From NCBI GenBank assembly GCA_040220235.1, contig JAVJTO010000017.1: 64,000 nt of DNA; one strand, written 5' to 3'. Below, piece after piece: positions 1-10,408 of this stretch. Every line of letters starts with the position of its first letter. Position 1 is the stretch's first letter. The position numbers were made by a program, and so were the translations under genes. The stretch is from Coleofasciculus sp. B1-GNL1-01. Lineage in GTDB: Bacteria > Cyanobacteriota > Cyanobacteriia > Cyanobacteriales > Coleofasciculaceae. The notes below the pieces were generated by a model, which saw nothing but the letters and a program-made list of their open reading frames with translations, did not search any database and was not told the DNA's origin.

Positions 1-117
1 AATATTCTTCGCAAAGTAAAGGCAAAACTCAGTTTAGATCTGAGTGAAGTTACTAGAGGTGCCTTGACAGCACCCATTCGTTTAAGGCTTTGGTCTTAGC
101 GATGCTAGAATCTGCGT

Positions 118-1089
118 CTATGAAAGAGCGCAGAGTGTCAACAAAACCATTTTAGGCGCAAGCAATACCTCACCTTCTGATTCAATCACCTGAGTAATAC
201 CCAGAAACCTCCCATCTTCGTGGTGAACTCGCCGAATATTGGCAGCCGAATCAGTCGAAGCATCTTGATTTATATTCTGTTTATTTATACCGTTATTATC
301 TCCTTCTATCTGCTGTCCTCTACCCTCTGCCTTTATACGTTGACCCTGACACCAACGACTAGCCTCATCTGGCGATAACGTAACCTTCCCTAAATGTTCT
401 AACGCGGCTTCAGGTGGAATTGGAGTAAAGGTTTCGGCTTGTACCTGTGCAGCCAATTCCTCTAAACTCAAGCTATTATCTAATGTAAATCCACTGCTTT
501 GGGTACGAATCAGGGACGCCAAGGTTCCACCAGTCTTAAGAACCTCTCCCAAATCACGGGCAATGGAACGAATATAGGTTCCCGCACCACAGGCGATCGC
601 CACATCTAGTTCCGCTAATTCTCCTGGACGCCAATCTAATACCTCAATCTGATATACTTCAACCTGACGCCTGGGGATCTCCGCCGTTTTACCCGCCCTA
701 GCTAACTCATATAGCCGCTTTCCCTGAACCTGAACTGCACTGTACATCGGGGGAACTTGCTCAATTTTTCCCTGAAACTTTTGCAACAAAGGGATAACAG
801 TTTCCAGAGTTAATCCAGAAGCAGAAGCCGTCGCCACAATATCTCCCTCTAAATCATCGGTTGTTGTCTTCACCCCCAACCGAATCGTCGCCTGATATGC
901 TTTATCTGAGGTCATATACTGTAACAAACGGGTCGCTCTACCCAGTGCGATCGGTAAAACCCCCGTAGCCATTGGATCTAAGGTTCCCCCATGTCCGACT
1001 CGTTTCAGCCGCAGCAAACGCCGCACTTTCGCTACACAGTCGTGAGAGGTAAATCCAGCCGATTTGTTTAAGTTCAAAAATCCTTGCAT
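118..1089 (-). CDS. truB: tRNA pseudouridine(55) synthase
   Basis: GHGGTLDP catalytic-Asp motif, QVPPMYSAV, GTYIRSIARDLG; low-complexity insert near the C-terminus. Confidence 0.97.
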   Translation of the reverse strand: MQGFLNLNKSAGFTSHDCVAKVRRLLRLKRVGHGGTLDPMATGVLPIALGRATRLLQYMTSDKAYQATIRLGVKTTTDDLEGDIVATASASGLTLETVIPLLQKFQGKIEQVPPMYSAVQVQGKRLYELARAGKTAEIPRRQVEVYQIEVLDWRPGELAELDVAIACGAGTYIRSIARDLGEVLKTGGTLASLIRTQSSGFTLDNSLSLEELAAQVQAETFTPIPPEAALEHLGKVTLSPDEASRWCQGQRIKAEGRGQQIEGDNNGINKQNINQDASTDSAANIRRVHHEDGRFLGITQVIESEGEVLLAPKMVLLTLCALS

Positions 1090-1231
1090 GCGTCAATTCT
1101 GTTTGGGGTTTTGCCGCTTGGACGGAGTAGTGTGGGTAGAGGGGGAAGGAATCTTCTGGAAAATGTTTTAGCGGTTAAAACTCGTCTAACTGAGTTAGGA
1201 TTTGACATATTGATTGCATTGATGGAAGTTG

Positions 1232-1612
1232 ATGTTAGATCAGCTAAAGCAACAAGCAAGGCGACTGAAGATTGAACTGTATGCCTTGTATTTAGCCTAT
1301 CGTGATCATCGTGTACCCTGGTATGCCAAAATTTTTGCTGCCTGTGTTGTTGCTTACGCATTTAGCCCAATTGATTTAATTCCTGACTTTATTCCAGTTC
1401 TAGGCTACTTGGATGACTTAATCCTAATTCCAGTGGGGATTAAACTTGCACTTAAGATGATCCCTCCACAGATTATGTCTAAGTACCGAAAACAAGTACA
1501 AACAAATCTACCTAACAGTAAGCCTAAAAATTGGATAGCCGCTGCAACTATTGTGATTGTTTGGCTTCTCTTGGCAATCACAACCATTCGTTGGATGCTT
1601 CAATTGATTTAA
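1232..1612 (+). CDS. YkvA/DUF1232 family membrane protein
   Basis: [21 protein letters not shown] signature. Confidence 0.9.
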   Translation: MLDQLKQQARRLKIELYALYLAYRDHRVPWYAKIFAACVVAYAFSPIDLIPDFIPVLGYLDDLILIPVGIKLALKMIPPQIMSKYRKQVQTNLPNSKPKNWIAAATIVIVWLLLAITTIRWMLQLI

Positions 1613-1990
1613 AAATATTTATCTTAAAACAACAACATTCAAACAATACTGGCTGAGTGATTTCCTCCTTTGGGCAATGAAACTTGAAGTGGCACTGATA
1701 AATCAATTATTCAGTAACGCAGCTTCCTAGATTCTATTTGAGGAAATATCAACGTTCTCGATGAATGTTGCTGTTTTTATGCTGTTTGTTGCTATCTTCT
1801 GATGAGACAGATATTAAATGAGACAGGTTTTTTCTTCCTCCTAACTCTAACGTTTGTAGACTAAGCTGTTTTATCTGTCGCCAGAAGTTATTTAGCTTTA
1901 TATTCAATTTAGCACGTTCTCTGAGATAGGCAACCCCTTGATAGAGTCTTTTATATTTGTTTAAAAACGACAAACTTCTGAAACATAAGT

Positions 1991-3880
1991 TTACGGAAGC
2001 GGAATCAAAAGTGGTGCCTGTGGCGAGGGCGAGACGTTCCTCAGTTCATCGATCTCTTCAACGGGTTGATTTAGCGTTAAAGACTCAACCAAACTCAATG
2101 GCATGGCGTCTTGGCTGAGGAATTGTGCATAAGCTGCATTGAGATAACGTTGGTATTCCGATTGACCCGCAATATAGACTTCAAAAAAGGCAACACTCAA
2201 CGCCTGGGTATAGGCACGCCCGATCGCGGGATCAGGACCCATCACTTCTGGTGGCAATTCTACCGCCGTTGTCGAGACTCCCAGATTAGAGAAGTGAGTG
2301 CCTTTATTCAGCAATGCCAGATACTTATTCGGTGTGGTTAGCCAAGTAAAGGGTTGAATCTGTTCCGGAAGCGCAGGTGCTACAGTATCACTACTTCCCG
2401 AAATCAACATCAGGGGGATTTGAATTTGAGCAAACTCAGATTCGCCAAAGATAGCACTCCCCACCGGATTAATCGCGATCGCGGCTTGAATCCGTGGATC
2501 ACGAAAGTCATAGTCCGCCACGGGTAACTCTAATGCCCGACATTGCAGCAACAGCGATACATTCAAGGAATCCTCTGACTCCCCACAAACTTGCTGTAAT
2601 CGCTCAAAATTCAGTTCCGCACCCGCTAGCGCCAAGGTTGTGTAACCGCCAAAGGATTGACCCAATACGCCAACATTATCCAGATTCAACTGTCCTTGAT
2701 AGGATTGTTCCAGTTGATCCAGCAAAAAGGTAATATCCAAGGGACGGTCAATGAACTCTGACGGCGGTGTCACCTCACTAGCTAGTCCTCGACTCAGGGC
2801 TTGTAATTGTTCAGCATTACTGCCAGGATGTTCTGGTAGGGCTACAGCAAACCCATAAGATGCCAAATGTTGGGCTAAATATTCAAACGTCATCCGATCA
2901 GAACCGAGTCCGTGGGAAATTACAATCAGGGGAGTTAATCCTTCCCCAGCAGATGTCGCAGACGGTAAATACAAATCCACCGGAAATCGGCGTCCGCGAC
3001 TGGGATCATTCAATGTTAGGGTTTGTTGAGAATAGGCAACGAGTCCGGGTTCCCGCAAGTCGGGTAATTCGGAAAAGTCGGGTGGCATTTGGGGAAACTG
3101 GGACTCAATCTGGGCTTGAACTTCCGCCATCGCCTCCTGATTCACCGCCGCGATCGCTTGTTGGGTTTGCCGACTTAACCGAGATAGTTCTTCAATAAGC
3201 TCAAAACTCCGGGCAGAGTTAATCCGTATACCATAGGTGGGAAACTCCCGCAGTACATTTAATAAGGTTAGCCCCCCCGGTTCAGCCGCCGCTTTGATTA
3301 ATGCAGCACGAATCGCATAGAATCCCTCTTGACCGGCTTTAGTTTGAATCACTTCCCCCAACCGTTCCAAGATGGCTTCCCCTTGAGGCGAATAGAGAAA
3401 CTGTGCGATCGCCACTGGACTCACCTCGATGGGGGTAACTAAAACCTGCCGTAACCGTTCTAACTGTTGCGGTTCCACATAACTAGCATAAAACGCCAAT
3501 TCTGGCTCAATTTTACCCTCGGTGGCGTAAACTTCCAGTGCCTCAATGGGCAGAGAAAATTCTAACGGACCATAGGGAATATAAATTTTCGTCGCACTCT
3601 GAACCGGAGTCGCCATCACCACCATTCTCAATAGGGCGGTTGAAACCGCAGCTACACAAACGAAACCCACCTTCGCGGGTTGCCAAACCCTTAATTTCCT
3701 GTTAGTCCGCTCAAGCAGACTTGGTTTCGTCTGGTTCCACGATTTCCAATCGTTCTTGTCAGCTACAATATCTGAGTCGAAATTGTTATTATCATTTGCT
3801 TCTACCTTACCACCTTGCTCCTTTCCTTCTGCCTTCTGGAAGCCCTCTACCTTCAAACAGGCTTCTGTCTTACTTTTCAT
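1991..3880 (-). CDS. DUF1400 + alpha/beta hydrolase (true start may be downstream of 3880)
   Basis: SHGLGS oxyanion region, GQSFGG nucleophile elbow, GTHFS catalytic His; N-terminal cyanobacterial DUF1400-like region. Confidence 0.85.
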   Translation of the reverse strand: MKSKTEACLKVEGFQKAEGKEQGGKVEANDNNNFDSDIVADKNDWKSWNQTKPSLLERTNRKLRVWQPAKVGFVCVAAVSTALLRMVVMATPVQSATKIYIPYGPLEFSLPIEALEVYATEGKIEPELAFYASYVEPQQLERLRQVLVTPIEVSPVAIAQFLYSPQGEAILERLGEVIQTKAGQEGFYAIRAALIKAAAEPGGLTLLNVLREFPTYGIRINSARSFELIEELSRLSRQTQQAIAAVNQEAMAEVQAQIESQFPQMPPDFSELPDLREPGLVAYSQQTLTLNDPSRGRRFPVDLYLPSATSAGEGLTPLIVISHGLGSDRMTFEYLAQHLASYGFAVALPEHPGSNAEQLQALSRGLASEVTPPSEFIDRPLDITFLLDQLEQSYQGQLNLDNVGVLGQSFGGYTTLALAGAELNFERLQQVCGESEDSLNVSLLLQCRALELPVADYDFRDPRIQAAIAINPVGSAIFGESEFAQIQIPLMLISGSSDTVAPALPEQIQPFTWLTTPNKYLALLNKGTHFSNLGVSTTAVELPPEVMGPDPAIGRAYTQALSVAFFEVYIAGQSEYQRYLNAAYAQFLSQDAMPLSLVESLTLNQPVEEIDELRNVSPSPQAPLLIPLP

Positions 3881-3883
3881 AAT

Positions 3884-6247
3884 TTAAAATTGATATCTTT
3901 TGCTATTAAAATCATCCCATTGCCCCCACCTCCATAGCTTGTGGAACTTGCGGCAACGCTTCATGTAGAAGAGAGCGGTTTTATCCTGATTATTTTCTCG
4001 GCAAATTTCTTTAAATATTTTATAGCCTTCAGCAAATTTTCGGCTATAAAAAAGATGAATCCCCAACTCAAACTTGCCTCGATGCTTAATTTTCAGATTA
4101 ACCGACGTTAGGGGTTCCCCATCAAAGGCTTCAAAGACAGAGACCGCTTTTTTTCTTCCTTTGACCGGAACTTTCCCTAAAAATCGGTAATTATAGCTTA
4201 ACGGATTATCCAGACTCAGCAAAAACTTTTCACTAAAGATAATCGACGCGCCAAAAATCTTCGTCAATCCTTCCAAGCGAGATGCCAGATTCACGGCATC
4301 AGAAATGACTGTTGCCTCCATCCGTTGTTCTTCTCCAATGGTACCTAACATCAGACTACCATTATGGAGTCCCATGCCCACTGAAATCGGTAGGCTTCCT
4401 TTTTCTTGCTGCTTCCCGTTATAGATGGCGATCTGTTTTTGCATTTCAATCGCCGCATCTAAGGCTTCTTCAGCTTTTTCGGGAAAGACTGCCATGATCG
4501 CATCGCCGATGTACTTATCCACAAAACCATTGTGCTGACGGATAGTGGGGACGACTTTCTTAAAATAATTATTGATAAAATCAAAATTTTCCTGGGGCGA
4601 CATCTTCTCCGACAAGGTAGTAAATGAGCGAATATCGGCAAACATAATCGTCATATCCCGTTCTACGCAATCCCCCAATTGAGCCTCACTGAGGTTGGTA
4701 TAGCCTAAAATTTGGAGTAATTTCGACGGAATGAAGCGGTTGCAGTTGGCATTGATTTGGGTCAGTTGCAGATAAGGATTAATTCGGGCAAACATCTCAT
4801 TGGGATCAATGGGTTTAGCCCAATAATCATTGATCTGGTAGCTCTGTATTTTTTGCCAGTCTGGTTGCTTTTCTTTATCGCCAACGAGAATAATCGGCAA
4901 TTCATTGGCTGAGAAAAAACGGCGCATGGTTTGGCAAAGTTCATAGCCATTCACGGGAGATATTACGGCATCCACAATCAGCAAGTCAGGCTTAAAGCCT
5001 TTTTCGATTTCGGCTAAAACTTGCTTGCCATTCGCGACCCGTTTTATCATGTAATCTGGAGAATTTAAACAGGGCTTGATTAGGGCTTGCCAATTGACAG
5101 TTTTATTAGCTACGATTAAAATCTTGAATGACTGGATTGAAACAGAGGAGTGTTTAAATTCAGCAGCTATTTTATTGGGGGATTTTACTAGAGACAGAGG
5201 CTTTTTGCCAGACGCGGCTAAGGGGATTGGTTGATTATCAGAAATGGGTAGCGTCAAAATAAAGCGGGAACCCTGATTGCCGATTGATTCAACCTGGAGT
5301 TGACCGCCATTGAGTTCGACCAGACGCCGAGTCACGATTAATCCGAAGGCGATACTGCTGTACTGTTGGATTGTGGCACTATAGGCATTCTCCAGTAATT
5401 GCTCTGCGGGAATATTGATGCCGATATCAGCAATAATCAGTTGCAATTGCTCAGGGGTAATCGTGGCTGAAATGTCGATCACGCCTTTTTCGGTAAACTT
5501 AATCATGTCAATGATTAAGTTATACAAGATTTGCTGCAATTGATTAGCATCAGCATTAAAAGGGGGGGAATCGGCAGCGATGGAGTTGCGTAATTGTAAA
5601 TTTTTGGAGCGAATTAAGGGTTGACAAAGCTCTAACACGTCTTGAGTGATGGAGTGTAGATTCACTGATGAATTGAGACGTTGCGGCGGGTTGGGATTTA
5701 AGGTGAGAGTATCGAAAAGGGTATCGGTAAAATTGGCAACACGCTGAACCTTTGCCATCAACATAGAAGGATTAGCATTTGGCTCCTGTGAAAGGAAATC
5801 AAGGTCTTGATCCGACAAATCGTCAATGATTTTCTGAAGGCGATCGCGAAATGGGGGCTGTGGGTTAACGATCTGGCTGAAAAGGAGACGGGTGTTATCT
5901 TTATTGGTGGTTAGAGCTTGATTCGTGGCGAGTTGAGCCGCGATGCTTGAAGGGGTGCGATCGCCAAATTGTTTCCGGTTCAGGTTATCCTGAAATGAGG
6001 GCGATGCTGGAACTTGACTAAACCACTCCTCTTGAGCATCATCTTGACTATTGGAAAAAGCTTTAACTAATCCTAAGGCGATCGGCAGTGCCAAAATTAA
6101 ACTCAGACTCACCAAGCTTAACACCAGCCAGAGGAGTTTCTGGAGGGGATAAAATTCTTCAGTAAGATAACCCGATGCCAGATAGAAAAAACCAAGATTG
6201 GTACTAATGATGGCAACGACACAGAGAAGGATGACGTAGCGTTTCAT
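3884..6247 (-). CDS. Membrane-anchored class III adenylate cyclase with degenerate HATPase and receiver-like domains
   Basis: Two N-terminal hydrophobic helices; cyclase motifs MFADIRSFT, VDKYIGDAIMA, SDAVNLASRLEGL; eroded kinase and receiver motifs upstream. Confidence 0.88.
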   Translation of the reverse strand: MKRYVILLCVVAIISTNLGFFYLASGYLTEEFYPLQKLLWLVLSLVSLSLILALPIALGLVKAFSNSQDDAQEEWFSQVPASPSFQDNLNRKQFGDRTPSSIAAQLATNQALTTNKDNTRLLFSQIVNPQPPFRDRLQKIIDDLSDQDLDFLSQEPNANPSMLMAKVQRVANFTDTLFDTLTLNPNPPQRLNSSVNLHSITQDVLELCQPLIRSKNLQLRNSIAADSPPFNADANQLQQILYNLIIDMIKFTEKGVIDISATITPEQLQLIIADIGINIPAEQLLENAYSATIQQYSSIAFGLIVTRRLVELNGGQLQVESIGNQGSRFILTLPISDNQPIPLAASGKKPLSLVKSPNKIAAEFKHSSVSIQSFKILIVANKTVNWQALIKPCLNSPDYMIKRVANGKQVLAEIEKGFKPDLLIVDAVISPVNGYELCQTMRRFFSANELPIILVGDKEKQPDWQKIQSYQINDYWAKPIDPNEMFARINPYLQLTQINANCNRFIPSKLLQILGYTNLSEAQLGDCVERDMTIMFADIRSFTTLSEKMSPQENFDFINNYFKKVVPTIRQHNGFVDKYIGDAIMAVFPEKAEEALDAAIEMQKQIAIYNGKQQEKGSLPISVGMGLHNGSLMLGTIGEEQRMEATVISDAVNLASRLEGLTKIFGASIIFSEKFLLSLDNPLSYNYRFLGKVPVKGRKKAVSVFEAFDGEPLTSVNLKIKHRGKFELGIHLFYSRKFAEGYKIFKEICRENNQDKTALFYMKRCRKFHKLWRWGQWDDFNSKRYQF

Positions 6248-6578
6248 AAGGTTTAGAGTTTGGGAGGGGCTAAATGCATCGATTTAATCAAGTCAATGCC
6301 AACTCACGGAATCTACAGGGGATCGAGACGTAATATTGGCGATCGGTTCTCAACGCTTCCGAAAAAAAAACTACTATTCTACATCATCCGCCTCAAAATT
6401 AAACTGCTCCGATAAAAATCTGCTAAATTTTTAGCACGGTGCTTCTTGCCAAAACCTGGGTAGCCGTAGGAGACTGACATCGGTAAAAAGTGGTGCTGGG
6501 TGAGATTACCCCAGCCAACGTGCTTTCTGGCAAGCGCCGATCCACTGAGTCATCGGAGAAGGACATCGGAGAAGGAAC

Positions 6579-7496
6579 ATGACGGCATTACAAGGACGAG
6601 ACGTGTTAGGTTTAGCTGACCTGAGTGCGGATGAAATTCACGAACTGTTGCATCTAGCTATCCAGTTGAAAACCGGTCAGGTTAACCTGCGATGCAATAA
6701 GGTGTTAGGGCTTTTGTTTTATAAGGCATCGACCCGAACCCGAGTCAGTTTTTCGGTGGCAATGTACCAACTGGGGGGTCAAGTGATTGACTTGAACCCC
6801 AATGTCACCCAGGTGGGTCGAGGAGAACCTGTGGTAGATACAGCCCGGGTCTTGGATCGGTATCTGGACATCCTGGCAATTCGCACCTTCGAGCAAAAAG
6901 AACTAGAAACCTTTGCTGAGTATGCTCAGATTCCGATTATCAACGCCCTGACTGACTTAGAACACCCTTGTCAGGTCTTGGCAGACTTGTTGACCATTCA
7001 AGAATGCTTCGGCTCACTAGCGGGTGCGACGGTTGTGTATTTGGGTGATGGCAATAATGTGGCTCACTCACTCATGGTAGGATGCGCCCTCATGGGGATG
7101 AATGTCAGAGTTGCCACACCATCGGCTTACCAACCGAATAGTTTAATTGTAGATCGAGCTAAACAACTGGCGGTCAACAGTGAAGTGACGATTACGGATG
7201 ATCCAAAGGCAGCCGTTAAGGGCGCTAATGTAATTTATACCGATGTCTGGGCAAGTATGGGTCAGGAAGCGTCAGCCGATGCGCGAATTCCAGTCTTTTT
7301 ACCGTATCAGGTCAATGAACAACTCTTAAGTTTAGCGGCAACGGATGCGATCGTGTTGCACTGTTTACCCGCCCACCGAGGCGAAGAGATTACTGACGAG
7401 GTGATGGAAGGTTCGCGATCGCGGATATGGGATCAAGCCGAAAACCGGATGCACGCCCAGAAAGCGCTACTGGCTAGTCTTTTAGGCGCTGATTAA
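6579..7496 (+). CDS. argF: Ornithine carbamoyltransferase
   Basis: STRTR, HPCQ, DVWASMG, HCLP motifs. Confidence 0.97.
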   Translation: MTALQGRDVLGLADLSADEIHELLHLAIQLKTGQVNLRCNKVLGLLFYKASTRTRVSFSVAMYQLGGQVIDLNPNVTQVGRGEPVVDTARVLDRYLDILAIRTFEQKELETFAEYAQIPIINALTDLEHPCQVLADLLTIQECFGSLAGATVVYLGDGNNVAHSLMVGCALMGMNVRVATPSAYQPNSLIVDRAKQLAVNSEVTITDDPKAAVKGANVIYTDVWASMGQEASADARIPVFLPYQVNEQLLSLAATDAIVLHCLPAHRGEEITDEVMEGSRSRIWDQAENRMHAQKALLASLLGAD

Positions 7497-7638
7497 CGGG
7501 GTGGATGGGATGGTTTAACGGTAAAGCCTATGGTTAAGTCGGGGCGGGTTTACTTGTATCTGGGTGAGGTCAAAAACGTTAATAGGGAAACCCGCCCCTA
7601 CATAAAACTGATTAAACATTGCTTTTAACCGGACAAGG

Positions 7639-7667
7639 ATAGGACATTAGTACTACTAATGTCCTAT
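7639..7667. promoter_or_regulatory. Palindromic double LexA box upstream of lexA
   Basis: ATAGGACATTAGTA-C-TACTAATGTCCTAT perfect 14-bp inverted repeat; minus strand reads TAGTACTAATGTCCTA, close to the cyanobacterial LexA box (AGTAC-N4-GTTC type). Confidence 0.8.
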
Positions 7668-7799
7668 AGTAAATAGTATTCGTTTAGTTGAATAATGGGT
7701 TTCAATTTAACCCCTCTCAGGGCAGATTGACTGCCATCAAGACTAGCAAGTCGAATGGTTGAGCTATCTGCTTCGTCAAAACCTAGTGTAATTTATAGA

Positions 7800-8420
7800 A
7801 TGATGGAACCCCTCACCCAAGCCCAGAAAGAACTCTATGATTGGCTGGTTGATTATATTCAAACAGCCCAACACGCGCCCTCAATCCGGCAAATGATGCG
7901 GGCGATGAACCTGCGATCGCCCGCACCGATTCAGAGTCGGCTCGAACATCTACGCAACAAAGGGTACATTGATTGGACAGAAGGCAAAGCCCGGACGATT
8001 CGGATTCTCAGCAGTACGACATCGGGAGTACCTGTGTTAGGTGCGATCGCGGCGGGGGGTATGGTGGAACCCTTTATCGATGGCATGGATCGGATTGATT
8101 TATCCGGTTTATTCACCCAACCTGGTAACTTTGCCCTCCGGGTTACAGGGGATAGCATGATTGAAGCCTTAATTCGAGAAGGGGATTTGGTGATTATGCA
8201 ACCCGTTCCTGAACCCGAACAATTGAAAAATGGTCAGATTGTCGCCGCTAGAGTCGAAGGATACGGTACAACATTAAAACATTTTTATCGGCAAGAGGAT
8301 ATGATCACCCTACAACCTGCTAATTCTAATTATCCGCCCATAGAAGTGACAGCACAAAAGGTAGAGGTACAGGGCGTCTTAGTCGGCGTCTGGCGTAGCT
8401 TCGAGTCAAATCCAACCTAA
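7800..8420 (+). CDS. lexA: SOS repressor LexA
   Basis: MEPLTQAQKELYDWL wHTH start, IAAG cleavage site, GDSM catalytic Ser, TLKH catalytic Lys. Confidence 0.96.
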   Translation: MMEPLTQAQKELYDWLVDYIQTAQHAPSIRQMMRAMNLRSPAPIQSRLEHLRNKGYIDWTEGKARTIRILSSTTSGVPVLGAIAAGGMVEPFIDGMDRIDLSGLFTQPGNFALRVTGDSMIEALIREGDLVIMQPVPEPEQLKNGQIVAARVEGYGTTLKHFYRQEDMITLQPANSNYPPIEVTAQKVEVQGVLVGVWRSFESNPT

Positions 8421-8947
8421 TATTTGACTGATTTGTTCCGCTAGCGGGACTTAAACAAAAATCAACGCCAAATAAAGCCCAAACTGGCTTTATAAGCGAC
8501 AAATACGTCCCTATTTTCGTTTAACCAACTGATAAAGCCATTTGACATTGCCCAGATTTAAGATGACTGGCTTAAAAGCTTCTGTGGGTAAGCTTTTTGC
8601 TATTTAATCTAATCGAATCCCTTCATGATTTTTGAGCTTCTCTGTTCTGTACACTTTCCGATTTCTCCAATATACTGTCGTCCTTTATCAAAGCAATTAG
8701 GCATCGCTGCCGGATGGGTCTCTTTCAAGTTAAAGTCAGAAAACGCGAAAGGCTTACTATAACTACGTTATAACCTGTTTTAGGTCTTTTTTCGTTCAAG
8801 TCCCACTACGAAAATTGTTTTGCATAAGCTCTAGCCGCTCAGAGTTAGATCCGACTGAACAACCCTTGATTCTCGCCAATCAATCTTAAACTATGGAGGT
8901 ACAACCCTTGAGACGATATCCCCGCCCACGTAGCCCCTGATACACGA

Positions 8948-10408
8948 GTGATGAGCAACCATTTGAGCGCCGTAAAAATCCCCACTAACACAGCTTCCCG
9001 ATATTGGAGTGCGATCGCGATTGATGCAGCCGGGAGACGCCAAATCCGGGAAATTACTGAAGCTAAGGCATTTTTCCTGGAATCATTCCCTGATTTTACC
9101 CCAGAGACTCAAGTCTCGGATACCCAGGTTCAACGTCAACTCTGGTACTGGATGCAAGGAGCAGGGGAAGCAGGGGAAGCTGGGGGAGCAGAGGGAGCAG
9201 GGGAAGTAGCTGATCAGAGTAGTATGGCTCAACTTTGTCTCAAATGCTTTATGTCACAGCAAATTGACGCTGTTTGTCGGGGGTTAGCCAGTCGGTTTGG
9301 CGCGGAACATGGCTTTAGCAGTACCGATTTATTACCCTTTGTCTTAGATGAAGAAATCGGTAAACCCCACCGCCATTCTCCCACCTACCAATCCTTCCTG
9401 GATGAAATCTTACAGAGTTTTGACCCCGAACAAAGCAGCCTCGCTACTTGGACAACCCGTCGGGTGAAACACCATAAACCCCTGAATCAGTTTCTACTCG
9501 AACATGGGATTTATTTAGTTAGTGATTGGGCAATCTTAAATGATACCAAACCCAAACAACTACATCGTATTTTCGCCGAGTTTCACCACTTAACCCCATC
9601 GGAAATCCAACGCGCCCAACAACTTCTTGATGCTTATCACGCCGTCTACCGCAGTCAACGCCTAAAACAACGTCTCGCTGGAGTTAAAGGAAAATGTCAC
9701 CCTCCCACCCCCGAACAATTACAGCAAATGGCGCAACGCCTCTCCTCTCCCCTACGCCCAGAACTCCTCCTGCGCCAACTACAACTTATCGCCTCTCGAC
9801 TGCGTGAGTACCGAATTTATGTACGTGGCGGGACGTTAAAAAGCGAATCCCTGGATGCAACGCCGAATCAACCTATAGATGTCCCCTATTCTGAACCCAC
9901 ACCTGATGAACAAAGCGAATTTTTAACCGCCTATCGCCAACAGTTTCTTCGGGGTTTAGATCAAGCCATTGCCCGAATTACAGGCGATCGCACGATGAAG
10001 TTACAGCGTCGAGATTCCCAAAAAGCCCAACAGTTTCTCACTGCGTTGCATCTGTTTCACTGTCAGGGACAATCTATGTCCGATATTGCCCGAAACTTTA
10101 ACTATAAAGGACAATTTCAAATTAGCCGTCTCCTAAAACTGAAAGCCTTTCGCGCCGATATTCAACGGGAATTACTAATTTATTTAAGCGATCGCATCCT
10201 GGAGAAAGCCCAACGCTATACCAGTAGCCAACGCCTGCAAACCGTTCATCACCAAATTCAAGAGGCGATCGCAGAACAAGTTACTAAGGTGATCGAAGAC
10301 GCGGCGACAGAAGCGAGTACGGCTACCCATGAACGCCATCAAAAAACCCGCAGCCTCTTTGCTAAAAGACTCTGCCTCTATCTAGATAACAGGAGTAATA
10401 TATCATGA
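8948..10408 (+). CDS. Cyanobacterial sigma-like/HetZ-related HTH protein
   Basis: FDPEQSSLATW (sigma region 2-like) and C-terminal HTH (GQSMSDIAR...QFQISRLL); overlaps the next gene (ATGA). Confidence 0.6.
   Translation: MMSNHLSAVKIPTNTASRYWSAIAIDAAGRRQIREITEAKAFFLESFPDFTPETQVSDTQVQRQLWYWMQGAGEAGEAGGAEGAGEVADQSSMAQLCLKCFMSQQIDAVCRGLASRFGAEHGFSSTDLLPFVLDEEIGKPHRHSPTYQSFLDEILQSFDPEQSSLATWTTRRVKHHKPLNQFLLEHGIYLVSDWAILNDTKPKQLHRIFAEFHHLTPSEIQRAQQLLDAYHAVYRSQRLKQRLAGVKGKCHPPTPEQLQQMAQRLSSPLRPELLLRQLQLIASRLREYRIYVRGGTLKSESLDATPNQPIDVPYSEPTPDEQSEFLTAYRQQFLRGLDQAIARITGDRTMKLQRRDSQKAQQFLTALHLFHCQGQSMSDIARNFNYKGQFQISRLLKLKAFRADIQRELLIYLSDRILEKAQRYTSSQRLQTVHHQIQEAIAEQVTKVIEDAATEASTATHERHQKTRSLFAKRLCLYLDNRSNIS

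Noticed and set aside
1749..1973. 74-aa ORF between ykvA-like and hydrolase genes
   Set aside because: Non-ATG start, AT-rich, no recognisable motif; cannot be supported.
6551..6576. Tandem CATCGGAGAAGGA duplication before argF
   Set aside because: A real 13-bp duplication of the RBS region, but most likely simple slippage with no sign of function.
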